Part shown: positions 1 through 11,120 of the stretch, one piece after another
How positions within the stretch are numbered: the first letter of the stretch is position 1
Layout of the letters: the number at the start of each line of letters is the position of its first letter
NCBI GenBank assembly: GCA_963715985.1
Contig: CAVQSP010000010.1
Span: 64,001-128,000, forward strand
Direction of reading: 5' to 3'
Length of the DNA stretch: 64,000 nucleotides
Origin: an uncultured Thermoleophilia bacterium
Lineage (GTDB): Bacteria > Actinomycetota > Thermoleophilia > UBA2241
The notes under the pieces: generated by a model
What the model saw: only the letters and a program-made list of their open reading frames with translations
What the model was told of the DNA's origin: nothing
The model's database searches: none
Made by a program: the position numbers and the translations under genes

Positions 1-204
1 GCCGGCGATCTGTGCCAGAGCCTGTTCCGCGTCGGCGCGGATCTGGTTGCGCAGGGGGCAGCCCGCGGTGGTGAGCACGATGGTGGCGCCGATCCGCTCA
101 TCGTCGGCGACGATGTCGCGGACCATGTCGAGTTCCACCACGCTGCGCCGCAACTCTGGGTCCTGTACGGCGGAGAGCGCCCGCCGGACGTCTTCGTGGG
201 TCAC
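1..204 (-). CDS. Mrp/NBP35 (ApbC) Fe-S carrier or DUF59 protein, N-terminal part (runs off the window)
   Basis: Not in the ORF track. Manual translation from GTG 204 gives MTHEDVRRALSAVQDPELRRSVVELDMV...LTTAGCPLRNQI, carrying the DPE and TxxGCP motifs of DUF59. GGAGG RBS upstream. Confidence 0.8.
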   Translation of the reverse strand, partial: MTHEDVRRALSAVQDPELRRSVVELDMVRDIVADDERIGATIVLTTAGCPLRNQIRADAEQALAQIAG

Positions 205-450
205 GGAATCCTCCGCTCGTCGAAAGTTGCCTGAAGGACTCTACCCGGAGGGGCACGCCTGCAGTCGGGGCGTGGTCCGCGCGGGTCGCGCCTCGCCCGC
301 ACTTCCGTCGCTTCACAACTCGCCCAGACCCACTTCAAGAGGTTCTTCACAAGTACGGCGTACCATGACACTCGAAACGTGCGGTACGACCTCTGTGGAC
401 GCACGTTCCGCACACGAGCGCGTATCGCGCCGGGACAAAGGAGAGCCATC

Positions 451-943
451 TTGAGGAAACGCTGGAAGACGATCGTGATCGCCGTCATGGTCGCCGCGAT
501 CGGACTGTCGGTCGTGGCCGCGGCCTACGGCGCTACGAAGACCACCAGGGCCGGCAAGGGTCGCGGCGCTTGCGGCACGCTCATGAAGAACCCGCAGGCC
601 GTCAAGGACATGCAGGCCCTGCGCGCCGAGCATCAGAAGGAGATGCAGGCCTGGTGGGACAAGTACGGCAGCGACCCGAACAGTGCCGAGGCTCAGGCAG
701 CTCTCAAGGCACTTCGTACGGAGCACTGGAACGACATGAAGGCCCTCTTCAAGAAGTACGGCGTCGCGCTTCCCGCTAACGCCGGCCCCGGTAGCCTGCG
801 GTGGCGGCAACGGCATGATGGGTGGCGGCAGCGGTGGCTGTGGCGGCGGCGGGTGCGCCGGCGGCAACGACACCACCGGCACCGGCTACGGCAACGGCAT
901 GATGGGCGGCGGCAGCGGCATGATGGGCGGCTACGCCTACTGA
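451..943 (+). CDS. Secreted Spy/CpxP/ZraP-like protein with Gly/Met/Cys-rich tail (frameshift near 793)
   Basis: TTG start after AAGGAG, signal peptide, helical core. After a 1-nt shift it reads ACGGGNGMMGGGSGGCGGGGCAGG...GMMGGYAY-stop. Confidence 0.6.
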
Positions 944-954
944 GTCCGTCGCCA

Positions 955-970
955 CGTTTCACGTGAAACA
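955..970. promoter_or_regulatory. parS: parS centromere-like site
   Basis: cGTTTCACGTGAAACA matches the consensus TGTTTCACGTGAAACA at 15/16 positions. It is intergenic and parAB lies in the window. Confidence 0.9.
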
Positions 971-1006
971 CCGCCGGCCCCGTCACTGCGCCGGCGCAGG
1001 CAGAAG

Positions 1007-1038
1007 ACGAGAAGGGGCCCCTCGGGGCCCCTTCTCGT
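1007..1038. terminator. Bidirectional intrinsic terminator-like hairpin
   Basis: ACGAGAAGGGGCCCC-TC-GGGGCCCCTTCTCGT, a perfect 15-bp inverted repeat between convergent genes. Confidence 0.8.
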
Positions 1039-1089
1039 TGTCCTGGTGGAGCTGGACGGTCTGCCGGCCGGCCCGCTCCGCGAGCGCAG

Positions 1090-2163
1090 CTACGCCTTGA
1101 TGTTCACCGGCTCCGGGTTGCCGGCGCCGGTAGCGTAGGTCTCCTTGAAGATCTCCATGAGCACCGGGCTCTCCCGCACGACCTCCAGCGAGATCACGGC
1201 GTGGTCCTTGGTGTAGCCGTTGCCGATGATCATCGTGGTGTCGGCGCCGATGCCCTCAGCGCCGAGGGCGGCGGACGTGAAGCTCGTCGCCATGGAGAAG
1301 AAGTACACGAGGCCGTCGTCCTTGGTGGCCAGGATCGACGCCATCTCCGTGTTGGGGATGTCGACGCAGTTGATGGTGAGGTCCGCCATCTCGCCGTCCG
1401 TCGCCTTCTTGACCTCCTCGTACACGAACAGCTGGTCGGTCGCGGAGCCCTGGATGATGACGTCGGCGAAGCCGGCCTTCTCGAGGCGCTTTCTGCCGGC
1501 GTCACCGTGGACGAGGCAGATCACCTTGCCGGTCGGCTTGACGCGCTTGCGCGCCTCGTAGGCGCAGAGCAGTCCGCTCTTGCCCCCGGCGCCGATGATG
1601 AACACGGTCTGGCCGGGCTTGCTGAGCTTGGCGGCCTGCGCCGGCGCGCCGGCGACGTCGAGGATGGCCAGCGCCAGCGCCTCGTCCATGTCCGCCGGGA
1701 TCTTGGCGTAGATGCCGGTCTCGAACAGGATCGCCTGCGCCTTGACCTTCACCTGGCAGGTGTCCTTGTTGATCGAGATGACCTCGTCCACCTTGAGGGG
1801 CGTGAGCGAGAGCGACACGAGCGTGGCGATGCGGTCGCCCACGGCGAGGTCGCGGTCCTTGAGCTTGGGGCCGATCTCCTTGACGGTGCCGAGCAGCATG
1901 CCGCCGGACCCCGTGTCGGGGTTGTGGTGCTTGCCGCGCCTGGCGATGATGTCGAGGCTGTGGCGGGCCATCTTCTGCACGTCCCCGCCCTCGGCCTCTT
2001 CGATCTGTGTGAAGCTGGCGGCGTCGATGTTGAGGGTGTCGACCTCGATGAGGATCTCGTCGTCGTAGATCTCCATCGTGTTGTCGACCTTCCACGCCGG
2101 CTGCGGCAGGACTCCCTTGGGCTCAACGACCCTGTGCGCCCCGAACTTGTTGCCTTCCTTCAT
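1090..2163 (-). CDS. kdd: L-erythro-3,5-diaminohexanoate dehydrogenase
   Basis: Characteristic N-terminus FGAHRVVEPKGVLPQPAWK, LNIDAASFTQ, NPDTGSGGM, GAGGKSG; sits next to kamDE. Confidence 0.93.
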   Translation of the reverse strand: MKEGNKFGAHRVVEPKGVLPQPAWKVDNTMEIYDDEILIEVDTLNIDAASFTQIEEAEGGDVQKMARHSLDIIARRGKHHNPDTGSGGMLLGTVKEIGPKLKDRDLAVGDRIATLVSLSLTPLKVDEVISINKDTCQVKVKAQAILFETGIYAKIPADMDEALALAILDVAGAPAQAAKLSKPGQTVFIIGAGGKSGLLCAYEARKRVKPTGKVICLVHGDAGRKRLEKAGFADVIIQGSATDQLFVYEEVKKATDGEMADLTINCVDIPNTEMASILATKDDGLVYFFSMATSFTSAALGAEGIGADTTMIIGNGYTKDHAVISLEVVRESPVLMEIFKETYATGAGNPEPVNIKA

Positions 2164-2245
2164 GCCCCCTCCTTGTGTCTGCGGCGGCGACGCCTACGCG
2201 AGCCTGCGGAGCGGCTCTTGCGCGGGCGTCGCCGCGGCCTGAGGC

Positions 2246-3442
2246 CTAGGCCTCTACCTTGATCACCGAGCCGGCGCCCTGGCCGCCGCCCACGCAGGCG
2301 CCGGTGAGGCCGATCTCCTGGCCACGCTTCTGGAGCTCGTGGATGAGCGTGACGATCATCCGCGTGCCGGTGTTGCCCAGCGGATGGCCGAGCGCCACCG
2401 CGCCGCCGTTGACGTTGACGATGTCCGCGTCGAGACCGAGCTCGCGAACGGCGAGTGCGGCGACGCAGGCGAACGCCTCGTTGAGCTCGGCGAGCTGGAC
2501 GTCCTTGACTGTGATGCCGGCCTTGTCGAGGGCCATCTGGGCAGCCACGGTCTCGCCGTAGCCCATGATGGCCGGCTCCACACCGGCCGTGGCGTAGCTG
2601 ACCAGCTGGGCGATGGGCTTCAGGCCCAGCTCGGCTGCCTTCTTGCGCGAGGTGACGACCAGCGCGCTGGCGCCGTCGGCGATGGCGGAGGAGTTGCCGG
2701 CCGTCACCACGCCGCCGTCCTTCTTGAAGACCGGCTTGAGGCCCGCGAGCGCCTCAGGGGTGGTCTCGCGCGGGCACTCGTCGGTGTCCACGACCTTGGG
2801 GTCGCCTTTGCGCTGCGGGATCACGACGGGCACGATCTCGTCCTTGAAGCGGCCGGACTTGATGGCCGCCGTCGCGTTGAGCTGGCTCTTGTAGGCGACC
2901 TCGTTCTGGAGCTCCTTGCTGATGCCGAAGCGCTCGCTGAGGTTCTCGGCGGTGAGGCCCATGTGAGTGCCGCCGATGGCGCACCACAGGCCGTCCTGGA
3001 CCATGGTGTCGAACATGGGCGCCGACGGCATGCCCATGCGGTAGCCGCTGCGGCCTTCCTGCAGCACCCACGGCGCGCGGGTCATGTTCTCGGTGCCGCC
3101 GACCAGGTAGATCTCACCGTCGCCGCACTTGATGGCGGCGGCCGCCATGGCGAGCGCCGAGGCGCTCGACACGCAGACACGGTTGACCGTCATGGCCGGC
3201 ACGCTGTCCGGGATGCCGGCCTTCAGCTCGGCCTGGCGGGCGACGTTCTGGCCCAGCCCCGCCTGGATCACGTTGCCGAACAGCACTTCGTCCAGCTGCT
3301 CGCCGCTGACGCCTGCGCGCGCGAGCGCCTCGGTCATGGCGAGGGCGCCGAGCTCCTGCGCCGGAGTGGCGGCGAAGCCGCCCTGGAAGCGGCCCTGGGC
3401 CGTCCGTACCGCGGAGAGAATGACGACGTCGTTGTCAGACAC
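2246..3442 (-). CDS. Acetyl-CoA C-acetyltransferase (thiolase)
   Basis: NRVC, NEAF, GHPLG and CVGGGQG thiolase motifs. Confidence 0.95.
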   Translation of the reverse strand: MSDNDVVILSAVRTAQGRFQGGFAATPAQELGALAMTEALARAGVSGEQLDEVLFGNVIQAGLGQNVARQAELKAGIPDSVPAMTVNRVCVSSASALAMAAAAIKCGDGEIYLVGGTENMTRAPWVLQEGRSGYRMGMPSAPMFDTMVQDGLWCAIGGTHMGLTAENLSERFGISKELQNEVAYKSQLNATAAIKSGRFKDEIVPVVIPQRKGDPKVVDTDECPRETTPEALAGLKPVFKKDGGVVTAGNSSAIADGASALVVTSRKKAAELGLKPIAQLVSYATAGVEPAIMGYGETVAAQMALDKAGITVKDVQLAELNEAFACVAALAVRELGLDADIVNVNGGAVALGHPLGNTGTRMIVTLIHELQKRGQEIGLTGACVGGGQGAGSVIKVEA

Positions 3443-3548
3443 TATGGCCTCCTTGTGCCAGTCCGTGTGTGCCTGCAGCCCCCGTCGCGTTCCTTCCGCT
3501 CTGCATCACGACACATCGTTTTGACTTGCTGCTGTTCATGGTACCGGT

Positions 3549-4283
3549 TCAGTCGCCCGCTTGCCGCCGCACGACCTCCTGGGCCAGGAACGAGGCGACC
3601 TCGAGAGGCGTCGTGCGAGGGCCGAACCCCGCGTCGTACCCCAACTCCTTGGCGAAGGCGTTGTTGATGCGCGGTCCGCCGACGATGAGGACGAAGCGTT
3701 CGCGCACGCCCTCGGCCTCGAGGAGCTCGATGAGCTGCGTGAGGTGCTGCACGTGGATGTTCTTCTGGGTGACGATCTGGCTCACGAGGATGGCGTCGGC
3801 GCCGCGCTCGAGGGCCGTCTTGAGCAGCTGTGCGCAGGGGATCTGCGAGCCCATGTTGAGGGCGTCCATCTCCGGGTAGCGCTCGAGCCCGTAGTTCCCG
3901 GCGAAGCCCTTCATGTTCATGATCGCGTCGATCCCCACCGTGTGCGCGTCGCTCTCGATGGCGGCGCCGACGACGCTGAGCTTGCGGCCGAGCTTCTCCT
4001 TGATGAGCGCGTTGATGGCGTAGTAGTTCATCTCCTCGACCTCGAGGTAGTCGCCCTTCACCTCGTCCGGGTCGATGCCGGCATCGGTGCGCCCGTATGC
4101 GACGTAGAACGTGTAGTCGGGGTCGATCGCCTTGCACTCGGCGATGCCCACCGTGTGGAAGCCGAGCTTCTCGAGGAACTGCTTGCCCACGTCGGCGGCC
4201 TTGACCGAGTAGGTGATCGGAAGGGTGAACGAGAACTGGATGACGCCGTCATCACGAGTATCACCGTACGGCTTGACTAGCAT
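3549..4283 (-). CDS. kamE: Lysine 5,6-aminomutase beta subunit (cobalamin-binding)
   Basis: VKPYGDT..DG, DAHTVGIDAIMNMKG (DxHxxG plus PLP lysine), SQIVTQKN; ATG after GGAGG. Confidence 0.93.
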   Translation of the reverse strand: MLVKPYGDTRDDGVIQFSFTLPITYSVKAADVGKQFLEKLGFHTVGIAECKAIDPDYTFYVAYGRTDAGIDPDEVKGDYLEVEEMNYYAINALIKEKLGRKLSVVGAAIESDAHTVGIDAIMNMKGFAGNYGLERYPEMDALNMGSQIPCAQLLKTALERGADAILVSQIVTQKNIHVQHLTQLIELLEAEGVRERFVLIVGGPRINNAFAKELGYDAGFGPRTTPLEVASFLAQEVVRRQAGD

Positions 4284-5889
4284 CAGTGCCCCCTCCCTCT
4301 GCCGAGAGTGACGCGCCGGGCGCGGGGCCTTCGGGCGCGCCGTCCATGCGGCCCTCACGAAGCGCCGCGAAGAACGGGTTGAAGTAGTCGGCCGCGTGGC
4401 GGAACACGCCCTCGTGGCCGCGCCCGCCCTTGGGGTCGCGCTTCACGTCGGCGAACTCGCCCAGCTCCAGCGCCCTGAAGAGGCCGATGGAGCGCACGTG
4501 CTCCAGCTGATCTACGGCCTTCTGCAGCTGGTCGTTGGCGCGTTGCTCGATCATGCCGCCGGGTTTGAAGGTGATCTCGCCGGCGAGGTCGCGGCACGAC
4601 TCGAACACGTACTTGGCGTTCTTGATGCTCACGTAGCGGTCCTGGAGGAGCGGCGTGTGCAGCGCCTCGGTGAGCATCCCCAGCAACATGATCTCCTGGC
4701 CGGTGAAGATGCCGGTGAAGTTGAACATGCCGTCGATGATGTGGCCCTGGAAGATGTCGCCCGGCATGTACTTGGTGGGCGGCATGTACTTGAGGGGGTA
4801 GCCCGGGAAGAGCTCGCGGACGAGCTGGGCGTCGGCGATCTGGTACACGACCTGGTCCGGCTTGCCCGGATCGATCTCGAACGCATGGCCGAGGCCGATC
4901 TGCCACGGCTCCAGGTTGGCGCGCAGGGCGAAGGCCTCGTTGATGAAGTCCGAGCTGACCACCGTGTAGCCCTTCTCAAAGGCGTCTGCGGTGGTCAGGT
5001 AGTTGTCCTCGCCGGTGTTGATGATGATGCCGGCGCGCGCGTTGATGAGGCGCGAGAGGTACTGGTCGACGAACGTGCGCTCCATGTTGATGTTGCGGAA
5101 GATGATGCCGTACATGGAGTCGTTGAGCATCATGTCGAGGCGCTCGAGCGCCCCCATGGTGGCGATCTCCGGCATGCAGAGGCCGCTGGCGTAGTTGCAC
5201 AGACGCACGTAGCGGCCGAGCTCCTCGCCGACGTCATCCAGGGCGGCACGCATGAGGCGGAAGTTCTCCTGGGTGGCGTAGGTGCCGCCGAAGCCCTCCG
5301 TGGTCTCGCCGTAGGGCACGTAGTCCAGCAGGCTCTGCGCTGTGGTGCGGATGACGGCGATCACGTCGGCGCCGGCGCGCGCCGCCGCCTTGGCCTGCGC
5401 GGCGTCCTCGTAGATGTTGCCGGTGGCGACGATGACGTACACGTAGGGCTTCACGGGCTCGCCGACCTCGGCCACGAGCTCGTTGCGCCGCCGCCGCACG
5501 GCGTCGATACGCGCCACGCCCTCGGCGGCGAGCTCGGCGGCGCGCGCGTCCACGGCCTCGCGCCGTTCGGCCGCCACTGCAGCCAAGGCGAGGTCGCCGC
5601 CGGCGACGCCCTCGGCGACCTCCTGGGCACTGCGTCCCGTCTGCAGCATGACGTCGACGAAGGGCCGCATGATGCCGCCCGGCAACAGCTCGCGCGCGTG
5701 CTCCGCCACGACGTTCACGAGGGGCACATCGATCTCGTTGACGCCGGCCACGCCGAGCAGCCGCAGCGTCGCCCGCTCGGTGCTGTCCGTGGTGTGTGCG
5801 TCGATGTGTTTCTGGATGTCGTCGGCCACGGCCTCGGCCGCCGCGCGGGCGCGGCCGACCAGGCCCTGGTCGAGACGGAGCGCGTCCAT
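4261..5889 (-). CDS. kamD: Lysine 5,6-aminomutase alpha subunit
   Basis: YVIVATGNIYED, TEGFGGTYATQENF, NYASGLCMPEI, NTGEDNYLTT, KYMPPTK. Confidence 0.93.
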   Translation of the reverse strand: MDALRLDQGLVGRARAAAEAVADDIQKHIDAHTTDSTERATLRLLGVAGVNEIDVPLVNVVAEHARELLPGGIMRPFVDVMLQTGRSAQEVAEGVAGGDLALAAVAAERREAVDARAAELAAEGVARIDAVRRRRNELVAEVGEPVKPYVYVIVATGNIYEDAAQAKAAARAGADVIAVIRTTAQSLLDYVPYGETTEGFGGTYATQENFRLMRAALDDVGEELGRYVRLCNYASGLCMPEIATMGALERLDMMLNDSMYGIIFRNINMERTFVDQYLSRLINARAGIIINTGEDNYLTTADAFEKGYTVVSSDFINEAFALRANLEPWQIGLGHAFEIDPGKPDQVVYQIADAQLVRELFPGYPLKYMPPTKYMPGDIFQGHIIDGMFNFTGIFTGQEIMLLGMLTEALHTPLLQDRYVSIKNAKYVFESCRDLAGEITFKPGGMIEQRANDQLQKAVDQLEHVRSIGLFRALELGEFADVKRDPKGGRGHEGVFRHAADYFNPFFAALREGRMDGAPEGPAPGASLSAEGGGTDASQAVR

Positions 5890-5896
5890 CAGTGCA

Positions 5897-7033
5897 TCAC
5901 CTGCTTTCGAGTCGGGAGAGGTCGCGTCGGGAGGGCGCGCCGTCCGGGAGCGAGGCGCGCGCGTTGACGACGTCGAACACGGGCACGCGGTCGCCGATGG
6001 CCCCGGCGACTGCGTTGAAGAAGACCTGGGGCTGGTACGGCTGCGGTACGCGGAACGGGTTGGCGGTGACGGCGAGCACACGCAGTGGCGTAAGGACCTC
6101 TACCGTCACGCCTCGTCGCACCAGCCTGGCCACGTGCGCCGGGGGAAGCACGAGCACGGTGGCGTCGCGCACCACCAGGCGCAGCGTGCGGCGCGGCGGC
6201 AGCACGCGCGTGAAGTCGTCTACGAACTCCTGCGTGAGCGCCCCGCCCACGTAGAGCGTGCGTGTGTCCAGACGCGTGACCGCGCGAGCCACCGTGACGC
6301 CTTCGCCCACCACGGTGTCCACCTGCAAGGGCACGGCGCTACGGCGCCCGTCGAACGAGACGGCGCGGGCCTGCCGCGCGACATACGGCTCGAGCAGCGT
6401 GCGCGTCTCGGCGTCGACGGCGGACAGCATGAGCATGTCCACGGCCGCCGCCGTGGCCTCGAGTACGTCGTCGAGCGTGTCGCCGACCATGCCGCCGGTG
6501 GCCAGCACGACGCCGTCGCTCACGCGTGGTGACGCGCTGCCGATGCGGTTGATGGCGCCGTCCACGAGCACCTGCTCGGCGCCGTGGGCCTGGAGCCGCT
6601 CGATGGTGACGTGCAGCTCGGCGAGGGTGGTGGGCCCGCTGACCTCCACCTCGCCCTTCCCGGCGCGCCCGATGACCACCCGACCGAGCGGCGTGTGGAA
6701 GGGCAGTTCCTCCAGCACCTCCATGGCGTAGTGCGAGCGCTCCAGCGAGCCCTGTGTCGTGGCGATCAGGGTGCCGGGCGGAGGCGAGATGCGCGGCTTC
6801 GCGAGGCCGGTGAGGTGATCGGTCCGCTCACCGTCGAGACCGAGCGACGTGAGCCCGAAGAGGTGAGACGAGTTGGCCATCAGCGCGTTGACCACGGTGG
6901 TCTTGCCGGCGTTCTTCACGAGCCCGATAACGGCCAGCGAACGGCTGCCGGAGGCGGCGATGATGTCGTAGAGGGCGTCGACGGTGGCGGCGTCGGGCGG
7001 TGCGCTGCCGGCGGCGCGGAGCGGGCGGGTCAC
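5897..7033 (-). CDS. kamB: KamB-like lysine 5,6-aminomutase accessory/reactivase subunit
   Basis: IGLVKNAGKTT P-loop, TSLGLDGE, TPLG, DGAINR; directly upstream of kamD. Confidence 0.7.
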   Translation of the reverse strand: MTRPLRAAGSAPPDAATVDALYDIIAASGSRSLAVIGLVKNAGKTTVVNALMANSSHLFGLTSLGLDGERTDHLTGLAKPRISPPPGTLIATTQGSLERSHYAMEVLEELPFHTPLGRVVIGRAGKGEVEVSGPTTLAELHVTIERLQAHGAEQVLVDGAINRIGSASPRVSDGVVLATGGMVGDTLDDVLEATAAAVDMLMLSAVDAETRTLLEPYVARQARAVSFDGRRSAVPLQVDTVVGEGVTVARAVTRLDTRTLYVGGALTQEFVDDFTRVLPPRRTLRLVVRDATVLVLPPAHVARLVRRGVTVEVLTPLRVLAVTANPFRVPQPYQPQVFFNAVAGAIGDRVPVFDVVNARASLPDGAPSRRDLSRLESR

Positions 7034-7779
7034 GTCGTGCCTCCCGCATCGTCGGCCACCGCGTCCGCGCGCGCAGCGCCCGCCGGCGCGCCGGTGGCTG
7101 CACCGTTCGCCGTGCCGTTCGCTCCCGTGCCGCGGCGGATCTCCTTGAGGTAGCTGAAGATCGTGTACCGCGACAGGTCGAGCGCCTCGGCGACCTGCTC
7201 GGCAGAGCGCTTCACGAGGAAGGTGCCGCGCTCCTCCAGCCGCTTGACGACCTCCATCTTCTCTTCGCGCGACATGGCGGCCGGCGTCTTGCCCATCTCC
7301 CCGAGGATGGTGGTGACCATGCCGGCGACCACGTCGCGGATGTCGCCGGCGAAGATCTCGGCCGCCTCGGGCACGGCCTCACCCCCAAGGCGGCCGACCG
7401 CGGTGAGGTTGGCGAGGGCGCGCTGCGCCTGAACGATCTCGGAGATGTCCACGTTCAGGCCCAGCAGCCCCAGCGGCCGGCCGTCCTCGTCGCGCAGCGT
7501 CACCGCCAGCGACTTGAGGAGCTTGCCGTCGTGCGTCGTCAGGTACAGGCGCACGTCGTTGGCCTCGTCGGCGTTGTGGAGGTTGCGGAGCATGCGGTCG
7601 GTGGGCGCGTCCCCCACCGTGCGACCGGTGACGGCACCGTTCTCGATGGCGACGATGGAGTGCGGCAGCTGCGCGACGTCGTGGAGCACCACTTCGCAGT
7701 CCTGGCCGAACAGCTCGGCGAGGCCTCGCACGACGGGCAGAAAGGCACGAAGACGCGGATCGAGGTGCTCTCCGGGCAC
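7030..7779 (-). CDS. YheO/DauR-like PAS + HTH transcriptional regulator
   Basis: CEVVLHD, IENGAVTGRTVG, LEERGTFLVKRSAEQVAEALDLSRYTIFSYL. Confidence 0.9.
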   Translation of the reverse strand: MPGEHLDPRLRAFLPVVRGLAELFGQDCEVVLHDVAQLPHSIVAIENGAVTGRTVGDAPTDRMLRNLHNADEANDVRLYLTTHDGKLLKSLAVTLRDEDGRPLGLLGLNVDISEIVQAQRALANLTAVGRLGGEAVPEAAEIFAGDIRDVVAGMVTTILGEMGKTPAAMSREEKMEVVKRLEERGTFLVKRSAEQVAEALDLSRYTIFSYLKEIRRGTGANGTANGAATGAPAGAARADAVADDAGGTT

Positions 7780-7845
7780 GTCGCCCTCCGGTCGGCCCGG
7801 CGTGGCGCCGGGCGCCCCAAGGCGCCGGTGCGTCCTTGGACGTCA

Positions 7846-7875
7846 GGTATACACCGGCGCGCGGTCGCCTGTCAA
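7846..7875 (-). promoter_or_regulatory. Sigma-70 promoter for the regulator-kam operon
   Basis: TTGACA-N18-TATACC on the minus strand. Confidence 0.6.
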
Positions 7876-7990
7876 AAAGAGTGGAAGTGCTACCCGGAAG
7901 AGTGGGAACCCGGACACGAGGCGGCGGCCGGCGGCGCTTCCGCGCCGCCGGCCGCCGTCAGGCTGCCGACCCTCAGTGCGGCCGGATCCG

Positions 7991-9163
<1,173 letters not shown>

Positions 9164-9302
9164 CGTCGTCCTTTCGTGTGTGCGTCGTCTGCATGCGGGC
9201 GCAGGCATCTGCTCGGCGCAGGCCTGCCGTCCGCAATGATGTCCGCTCCGTGTTAAGTGCTCGGGCGGCGGCATTGAGTAACGCCGGCGCCCGCATTAAC
9301 GC

Positions 9303-11090
9303 TCATGAATCGCCGTTGGGCGGCCTCCGCCGCGGTCGTCTCGGCAGGCGCACGATGAAGCTTGCGCCGCGGCCCCTGCCGGCCTCGGCGCTGATGCTGC
9401 CGCCCATCATCTCCGTGAGCTCCCTGGCGATGGAGAGGCCGAGACCGGCGCCCGCGGTGCTGGCGCGCTCCTCGCTGCCGCGGTGGAAGCGCTCGAAAAC
9501 GTGCGGCAGCTCGGCCGCCGGGATGCCCGGCCCGTCGTCGCTCACGACGATGGTCGCCCAGGCCGGGTCGCCCTCGGCGGCGATGCGGATGCTGCTGCCG
9601 GGCGGCGAGAACTTGACGGCGTTGTCCACGAGCGCGCGCAGCACCTGGGCCAGGCGCTGCTCGTCGCACCATGCCGTGAGCGGCTCGCCGTCCTCCACAC
9701 TCAGCGTGAGCTCGTTGGCCTGCGCCTGTACCTGGAACTCGTCGAGCACGGAGCGCGCCACCGTCTCGAGGTCCACGTCCTCGGGCTGCAGCTCCAGGGA
9801 ACCGGCCTCGACCGTGGAGAGGTCGAGCATGCTCACGGCGAGGTTGCGCAGGCGGTCGACCTGCTGGCGCATGAGCTGCAGGAACTCGCTCTGCTCCTCG
9901 GGGCTGACGTTGCCCTCGTCGATGAGCTCGAGGAAGCCTGCAAGGGAGAACAACGGCGTCTTGAACTCGTGCGAGGCGTTGGCGATGAGGTCGCGGCGGG
10001 CGCGCTCGAGGCGCGCCTGCGCGGTCACGTCGCGGAGCACGAGGATGGACGTGAAGTCTGCGTCGCCGGCCACGGGGTACGTGGTGGCCTCCAGCGTGCG
10101 GTCGCCGTGGACGAACACCACGGCCTGCACGTCGTCCTCGCGGCGCGACTCGCGCCAGGCGTCGGCCACGTCCACCGGGAACTGCTCGTCGATGCTCCCC
10201 CCCACCGGCAGCGGCTCGCCGAGCAGGTCGGCCGAGGCGGGGTTGGCGATGGTCACGGCGCCCTCCGCCGAGAGGCCGATGACGCCCTCGCTGAGGTCGT
10301 TGAGGAGGACCTCCACGCGGTCGCGCTCGTACTCGACTTGCGCGAACGCGCCGGTGAGGCGCTCTGCCATGATGTTGAAGGTGTCGGCGAGCTGACCGAT
10401 CTCGTCTTCCACGGTGGCCGGCACCTTGGCCGAGAGATCGCCGGCGGCGATGGCCTCGGCGCTGCGCTCGATGCGCTTCAGGCGCCGGGCGATGAAGTAC
10501 GAGGCCATGTAGCCGAGCAGAAGGCTGATGCCGAGCGCCAGGACCGTGGCGAACAGCAGCTGGCGCTGGACGGCGGCCACCGCGTTGGACACGTCCTTGA
10601 GGGAGGCCACCACGAGCACGGTGCCGTACACCGTGCCGGTGGTGGTGTCGACCAGCGGCACGGCCGTGGCCGCATACCTGCCGGAGGCCGTGTCCACAAC
10701 GCCCTGCGCCGGGCGCCCCGTGGTCAGCGACTCCGGGATCATCGGGTAGTCGCCCACGTCGAAGGTGCCGACGCCCCCCGAGTCCTGGCGCGGCACCTGG
10801 TTGCGCGTGATGAGGACGATGCGCGCATTGAACTTCATCCCCAGCAGCGAGATGGTGCGCTGCAGAGCGTTGGGGTCGATGATGCCCATGTCGCCGTTGC
10901 CGAGGTCCACCACGCCGCTCGTGGCCACCGTGTTCCCGATCAGGGTGGCGTTGACGAGGTGGTCCCCGAGCTTCTGCTGCTCGAGGCGGCTGGTCAGCGG
11001 CGGGATGACGTAGATGTAGGCGACCAGCATGGCCAGCGCCACGAGGGCGAGGATGAGGACGGTCAGCCAGTTCTTTACGGAGCGGAACAT
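9303..11090 (-). CDS. HAMP/PAS sensor histidine kinase
   Basis: Two TM segments, HAMP (DEIGQLA), H-box SHEFKTPL, N-box DNAVKFS, DDGPG, GAGLGL. Confidence 0.95.
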   Translation of the reverse strand: MFRSVKNWLTVLILALVALAMLVAYIYVIPPLTSRLEQQKLGDHLVNATLIGNTVATSGVVDLGNGDMGIIDPNALQRTISLLGMKFNARIVLITRNQVPRQDSGGVGTFDVGDYPMIPESLTTGRPAQGVVDTASGRYAATAVPLVDTTTGTVYGTVLVVASLKDVSNAVAAVQRQLLFATVLALGISLLLGYMASYFIARRLKRIERSAEAIAAGDLSAKVPATVEDEIGQLADTFNIMAERLTGAFAQVEYERDRVEVLLNDLSEGVIGLSAEGAVTIANPASADLLGEPLPVGGSIDEQFPVDVADAWRESRREDDVQAVVFVHGDRTLEATTYPVAGDADFTSILVLRDVTAQARLERARRDLIANASHEFKTPLFSLAGFLELIDEGNVSPEEQSEFLQLMRQQVDRLRNLAVSMLDLSTVEAGSLELQPEDVDLETVARSVLDEFQVQAQANELTLSVEDGEPLTAWCDEQRLAQVLRALVDNAVKFSPPGSSIRIAAEGDPAWATIVVSDDGPGIPAAELPHVFERFHRGSEERASTAGAGLGLSIARELTEMMGGSISAEAGRGRGASFIVRLPRRPRRRPPNGDS

Positions 11091-11120
11091 ACGGATGGGG
11101 CGCCTGCGCGCCGCCCTCTA

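Noticed and set aside
9251-9299. Response-regulator boxes upstream of htrA (TGTTAA, CATTGA, CATTAA at 21-22 bp spacing)
   Set aside because: Plausible, but too short and degenerate to support as a feature.
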